From a candidate division FCPU426 bacterium (lineage in GTDB: Bacteria > Oederibacteriota > Muellerivitia > Muellerivitales > Muellerivitaceae): 64,000 bases of DNA. How positions within the stretch are numbered: the stretch's first letter is position 1; each line of letters begins with the position of its first letter. The DNA is taken from contig CAVYSE010000011.1 of assembly GCA_963771075.1 (NCBI GenBank), positions 32,001 to 96,000 on the forward strand, given 5' to 3'. The position numbers were made by a program, and so were the translations under genes. Below, one piece after another: positions 60,178-64,000 of this stretch. The notes below the pieces were generated by a model, which saw nothing but the letters and a program-made list of their open reading frames with translations, made no database searches and had not been told where the DNA came from.

Positions 60178-60236
60178 GGCAGGCCACAGTTTGCAGGAAA
60201 GTCTTTAAAAACCTAACTGCCAACTGTGAGCTGCAA
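60178..60236. repeat. Heptamer-family inverted pair
   Basis: GGCAGGCCACAGTTTGCAG ... CTGCCAACTGTGAGCTGCA. Confidence 0.55.
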
Positions 60237-60244
60237 GGCCGTAT

Positions 60245-61516
60245 TCAGGTTCGGCGTCTTTTCAGGCCGAAATAATAGATGAGGAAGGCGCCCAGGGCGC
60301 AGAAAACCCCACCAGCCTGCAGGGCCAATCCGGAATTATTAAAATGGAAGGCTAGGGCTCCCATCCAAAGACTGCCGATCGGCATGCCCCCGCCGAAGAC
60401 GAGGGCCCAGATCCCCATGATGCGGCCCCTTAAGGGGTCCGGTGAATAGGTTTGGACGATGCTGTTGCCGGTGGAGAAGAAAAGCACGATTCCGAATCCC
60501 ACGAAGAAGATCAGGAAGGCAGCCCCCGCGGGGTTATGCTGGAATCCCAACAGGAAGATAAAAACGCTGAAAAGAGAGATGCCGAAAAGAAGGGTTCTTT
60601 CCTTCAATAAATGGTTTCCCTGGCTTGCCACCACTAGAGCGGCCACGCAGGCTCCCAGGCCGTTTATGGCCAGGATCCATCCATAACCGTCGGGTCCCAG
60701 GCCCAGGCGGTCAGGCACGAAGGCCGCCAATTGGGATTGATAGGACCACCCTCCCAGGCTCAAGACCAGCATCAGACTCATGGTATGCGCGAGGGCGTGG
60801 TGGTTTTTGACGTATCGGAAACCATCCAAGTAATACTGGCTGTCGGTCTTCACCCCGCTGACATGCGTGGTCTTTTCAATGCGCATGTGATAGAGGCCGA
60901 AAAGCACCGCGATGAAACTCAAGCCATCCATGAGGAAACACCACTGGGGGCCAAAGGCAAGAAGAATGCCGCCGATCGCGGGCCCGATTACCCGGGTGGC
61001 GTTGACCATTCCGCTGTTCAAGGCGATGGCGTTGACCAGGTTTTCCTTTCCGACCAGCTCCACCATGAGGGACTGCCGCGCCGGCATCTCGAAGGCCATG
61101 CAAAGGCCCCAGAGTGAAACGAAGCCCATTAAGGTGCGGATGTCCCTCTCGCCCTGGAACAAGAGAAAAGAGAAAGCCAGGGAGGCCGTCATGGCGGTCC
61201 AGCTAGTGATTTTGAAAATTCGCAGTTTGGGAATCCGATCCGCCAAGGAACCGGCATAGGTGGAGAAGAGGAAAATGGGCAGGGCATTGAGCATGAAGAT
61301 AATGCCGAGGAGGAGCTTGGAATGGGTCCACTGGTAGGCCAGCCAGCCCCAGGCCGCGCTTCGGGCCCAGGTGCCGATGAGGGAGACGGTTTGGCCCATG
61401 AAGAAATAACGGTAATTAACGTTCTTAAAGGCGGCGAAGGTTTTACCCCAGCCTTTTAACGGGGGGAGACTATCCGAGGGGGATGGAATAGTTGAGATTT
61501 TTGGACTGGGACTCAA
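60245..61516 (-). CDS. MFS transporter (EntS/DUF894-like)
   Basis: NYRYFFMGQTVSLIGTW, GSLADRIPK, FEMPARQS, NAIALNS...RVIGPAIGG, PDPLRGRIMG. Confidence 0.92.
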   Translation of the reverse strand: MSPSPKISTIPSPSDSLPPLKGWGKTFAAFKNVNYRYFFMGQTVSLIGTWARSAAWGWLAYQWTHSKLLLGIIFMLNALPIFLFSTYAGSLADRIPKLRIFKITSWTAMTASLAFSFLLFQGERDIRTLMGFVSLWGLCMAFEMPARQSLMVELVGKENLVNAIALNSGMVNATRVIGPAIGGILLAFGPQWCFLMDGLSFIAVLFGLYHMRIEKTTHVSGVKTDSQYYLDGFRYVKNHHALAHTMSLMLVLSLGGWSYQSQLAAFVPDRLGLGPDGYGWILAINGLGACVAALVVASQGNHLLKERTLLFGISLFSVFIFLLGFQHNPAGAAFLIFFVGFGIVLFFSTGNSIVQTYSPDPLRGRIMGIWALVFGGGMPIGSLWMGALAFHFNNSGLALQAGGVFCALGAFLIYYFGLKRRRT

Positions 61517-61584
61517 TAAATCGTTCCTTTGGGACAGAGATTATTTAGTTTATTCCAGGAAAACACATCCCTAAACTGGCCAAA

Positions 61585-63689
61585 ATGAAAAGTTTTTTCG
61601 AAGCGCCAGTATCCGTGAAATTGAATGCTACCGGTGGAAAAGATCAAGCCACAGGTGCCTTGCCAATTTTCCTCCTATTGGGCTTGATGACCCTGACGAA
61701 TTTCATTATTTCTTATACCTCATTCACGACTGACACTAAATTAATATTATTTTTAATGGGTGTCCTCATTCCAACATGGGGATTGACGAGGAAAGATTGT
61801 GATGATTTAGAAAAAGGAACCCCTTTTTATCAAAAGGAATTTTTACCACCCATCCCTTATTGGGGATGGGCGCTTCTGCTGATTGGGGCATTCGTCATAC
61901 GGTTTTGGAAGCTCAGTAGTCTATTCCTTTGGCCCTACGGAGATGAGGCCCTGACTGCCTTGGCGGGAATTGATTTATGCCGAAGATGGGATTGGCACTA
62001 TTTTTATGCAGCTGGACAAGATCCCCCTACACTATTTTGGATTAGCGGTCTACTCAACCGTTTTTCCCATGGACCATTTTTCAACATGTGGTTTCCACCC
62101 GCCTTGATTTCTTGTCTTTCGATTCTGGCTGGTACTTTTGCTGTCCGCCAATATTTTTCCAGGTCCTTTTCCTTTTTATGTGTCGGACTTTTGGCTTTTT
62201 CCTATTGGCCTCTTTATCTAAGTCGTGTGAATTTTGCGGGTGTTTTTGTGCTTTTTTGGTGGCCATTGACTCTTTTTTCTTGGGTCAATACCTTCACGCG
62301 AAACCTTCTCGGAAAGAAATTTGGGGCCTCTTATTAGGGATAGTCAATGGTTTGAATACATTCACTTTCAAATCCTGGCCCGTTTTTGTTTTCTCAGTTT
62401 GTGTCGCCATTTTGTGGGAAGCATGGGGTGTTGGCAAAAAGGGAATACCTAGAGTCGTGTTTTTCGGAATCGGCTTATTTATCGGGCTTTTTCCTTTTCT
62501 ATGGGCTGCCTCCCATTCGGATTTTACGCGGCATATCTCCGATGTGGCCATGTGGAGCAGACCCCTGGATTTGGAAAAACAAGTCAGGGTGGTATTGAAC
62601 TATTTAAGCGTGTTGGGTTGGGAAGTTGATCCAAATGACAATTTTAACGCTCCTTTGCGGGGAGGTTTCTTAAACCCTTTATTGGCAACTTTCTTTATTG
62701 TTGGACTAGTCAGCTTATTTCGACTTTTTTCCCGAGAGATTGTCATGTGGATCATTAGTTTTGGAATTGTTTTTTTGCTTCCCGGTTTTATGTCAATCAA
62801 CATGAACAGTCTTCGAATTATCCAAATATTGCCCCTGCTGTTGGTCGTGACGGCCTATGGTAGTGGAGTCCTGTTGCAACCCCTAGCGGGGCGGGCCCGG
62901 GTCCTTCTCATGACCCTTTTGTTCCTTTTTTCAACGGTTTTTGACATGGCCCGACTGTCCCAACCCTATCGAGAAGTGGATAGCCATCCGGAGTTGTTCC
63001 AGGCGACTGGAAAGTCCTTGGCCCGATACCGCGCCTATCAGACCATTCAAGAGCAAGCAAAAAGACTGGGGCCGGGATGGGTTTTAGGGGAGTGGGATGT
63101 TCCGTCGGATCGCACCCTGGAAGTGATGACCTATAACTTTAACGCGTTGAAGGGAAATACCGTCTCGGCGCCCGCATGGCTTGCGATCCTGACCGATGCC
63201 CATTACCTTCCATTCTTGAAAGCCCGTTTCCCGGAAGGGGAATGGCGGATGCTGGATGCGGATGTCCATCCCGAGTCGCCCCGTCTGCTAGGACTGTTCC
63301 ACATCACCCGCTCAAACCGGGACGCACTTACCCGCTGGGCCCAGGCGGATTCCAGTTTCAACCTCATCAATTGGGACTTGGACCATTTGCACGACCGGGG
63401 AGTCTTGGAGAGATTCGATCAAGACGTTCAAAAGGGTTCTGAGGCAATTCAGGGGGATCCTTTTATCGCGTCCATGTATTGGGAAAAGGTGGGGTCTACT
63501 TACTATTATTTCGGGAACCACTACCCCCAACACTTGGAGGCGATGGAAAGGGCGGTGAAGGAAGGTTATCCGGCATCGCATCTTTATGGAGAGCTAGCGA
63601 CCCTCTATTGGGTGGGAGGGAACCAGAAGGCCGCCGAAGAGGTCGCGATGAAAGCCAAGGCTTCGGACGCCAAGTATCCCTGGCATTAA
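61585..63689 (+). CDS. GT-C (ArnT/PMT-like) membrane glycosyltransferase with C-terminal soluble region; frameshift near 62260-62280
   Basis: IRFWKL...YGDEA, PPTLFW, LLAFSYWPLYLSR in ORF 61585-62337, continuing into multi-TM ORF 62088-63689; visibly AT-richer. Confidence 0.7.
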
Positions 63690-63765
63690 TCCCATCAAGT
63701 TTTAGAATTTTAACAAAACTAAGGCTTTACCACCCGTGATGAGTAATAAAACTTTTCGATTCACG

Positions 63766-63863
63766 CTTCCCCCTCTGAAAGAGGGGGAAGGAGGGGGAGT
63801 TAGCTTTTTGTACGACATTTGCAAAGACTAATACCCCCTTTGTCCCCCTTTTTCAAAGGGGGA
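63766..63863. repeat. Inverted pair of C/G-run palindromes (REP-like)
   Basis: CTTCCCCCTCT-GAA-AGAGGGGGAAG (perfect 11-bp stem) ... TCCCCCTTTTTCAAAGGGGGA. Confidence 0.65.
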
Positions 63864-63885
63864 ACTAGCCGTTCAATCAGTCATT

Positions 63886-63912
63886 CTTTGTGTCTTTGAG
63901 TCTTAGTGTTGG
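63886..63912 (-). repeat. Octamer repeat arm (ACACAAAG family)
   Basis: Reverse complement CCAACACTAAGACTCAAAGACACAAAG matches 31751-31777 at 24 of 27 positions. Confidence 0.65.
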
Positions 63913-63927
63913 ATTTTTTTGTTGTTT

Positions 63928-64000
63928 TTAAATCTGAATAATCTTGTTCTTGTGGTCCAGGAAATCCTTGAGCACGTACTGAGTGAGCTTGTCGGGCGCG
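63928..64000 (-). CDS. 3' end of a gene entering from outside the window
   Basis: Open frame ...APDKLTQYVLKDFLDHKNKIIQI-stop with codon usage like neighbouring genes. Confidence 0.5.
   Translation of the reverse strand, partial: APDKLTQYVLKDFLDHKNKIIQI

Noticed and set aside
1..64000. Programmed frameshifting or mass pseudogenisation as the cause of the many split genes
   Set aside because: Breaks affect unrelated genes including core respiratory ones, several at homopolymers, and fragments remain well conserved; uncorrected long-read indels are more parsimonious, though reads are needed to confirm

Overview
Chromosomal window from a diderm bacterium (an outer-membrane beta-barrel gene is present; the lineage cannot be determined from sequence alone). 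Main blocks: (i) housekeeping and stress genes (AI-2E transporter, aldo/keto reductase, NUDIX, NYN nuclease, lexA divergent from radC, fabI, xth); (ii) a type IV minor-pilin/pseudopilin-like cluster (PilX-, giant PilV- and PilW-like) in which the PilX-like gene appears split by a signal-peptide + Cys-rich + Thr/Pro-repeat cassette; (iii) cyclase, DedA, NitT/TauT-type ABC pair, gnd and a porin; (iv) a 14-gene nuoA-N operon; (v) korAB, polyferredoxin, ferredoxin-NADP reductase and a mycobacterial Sdh1-like succinate dehydrogenase; (vi) transporters, lipid-modification genes, cstA and GT-C glycosyltransferases. Many genes carry single-base frameshifts, most simply uncorrected long-read errors. 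No rRNA, tRNA, CRISPR array or intact transposase was recognised. Most notable observations: a stand-alone unit (promoter, strong SD, terminator) encoding a 16-aa histone-H1-like Lys peptide; an apparently catalytically dead RAYT/Y1-transposase-fold gene behind lexA; a perfect 16-bp palindrome overlapping both lexA and radC -10 boxes (candidate SOS box); the split PilX and giant PilV tip module; and several families of short-period inverted intergenic repeats. All assignments come from motif recognition by eye; no searches were run.
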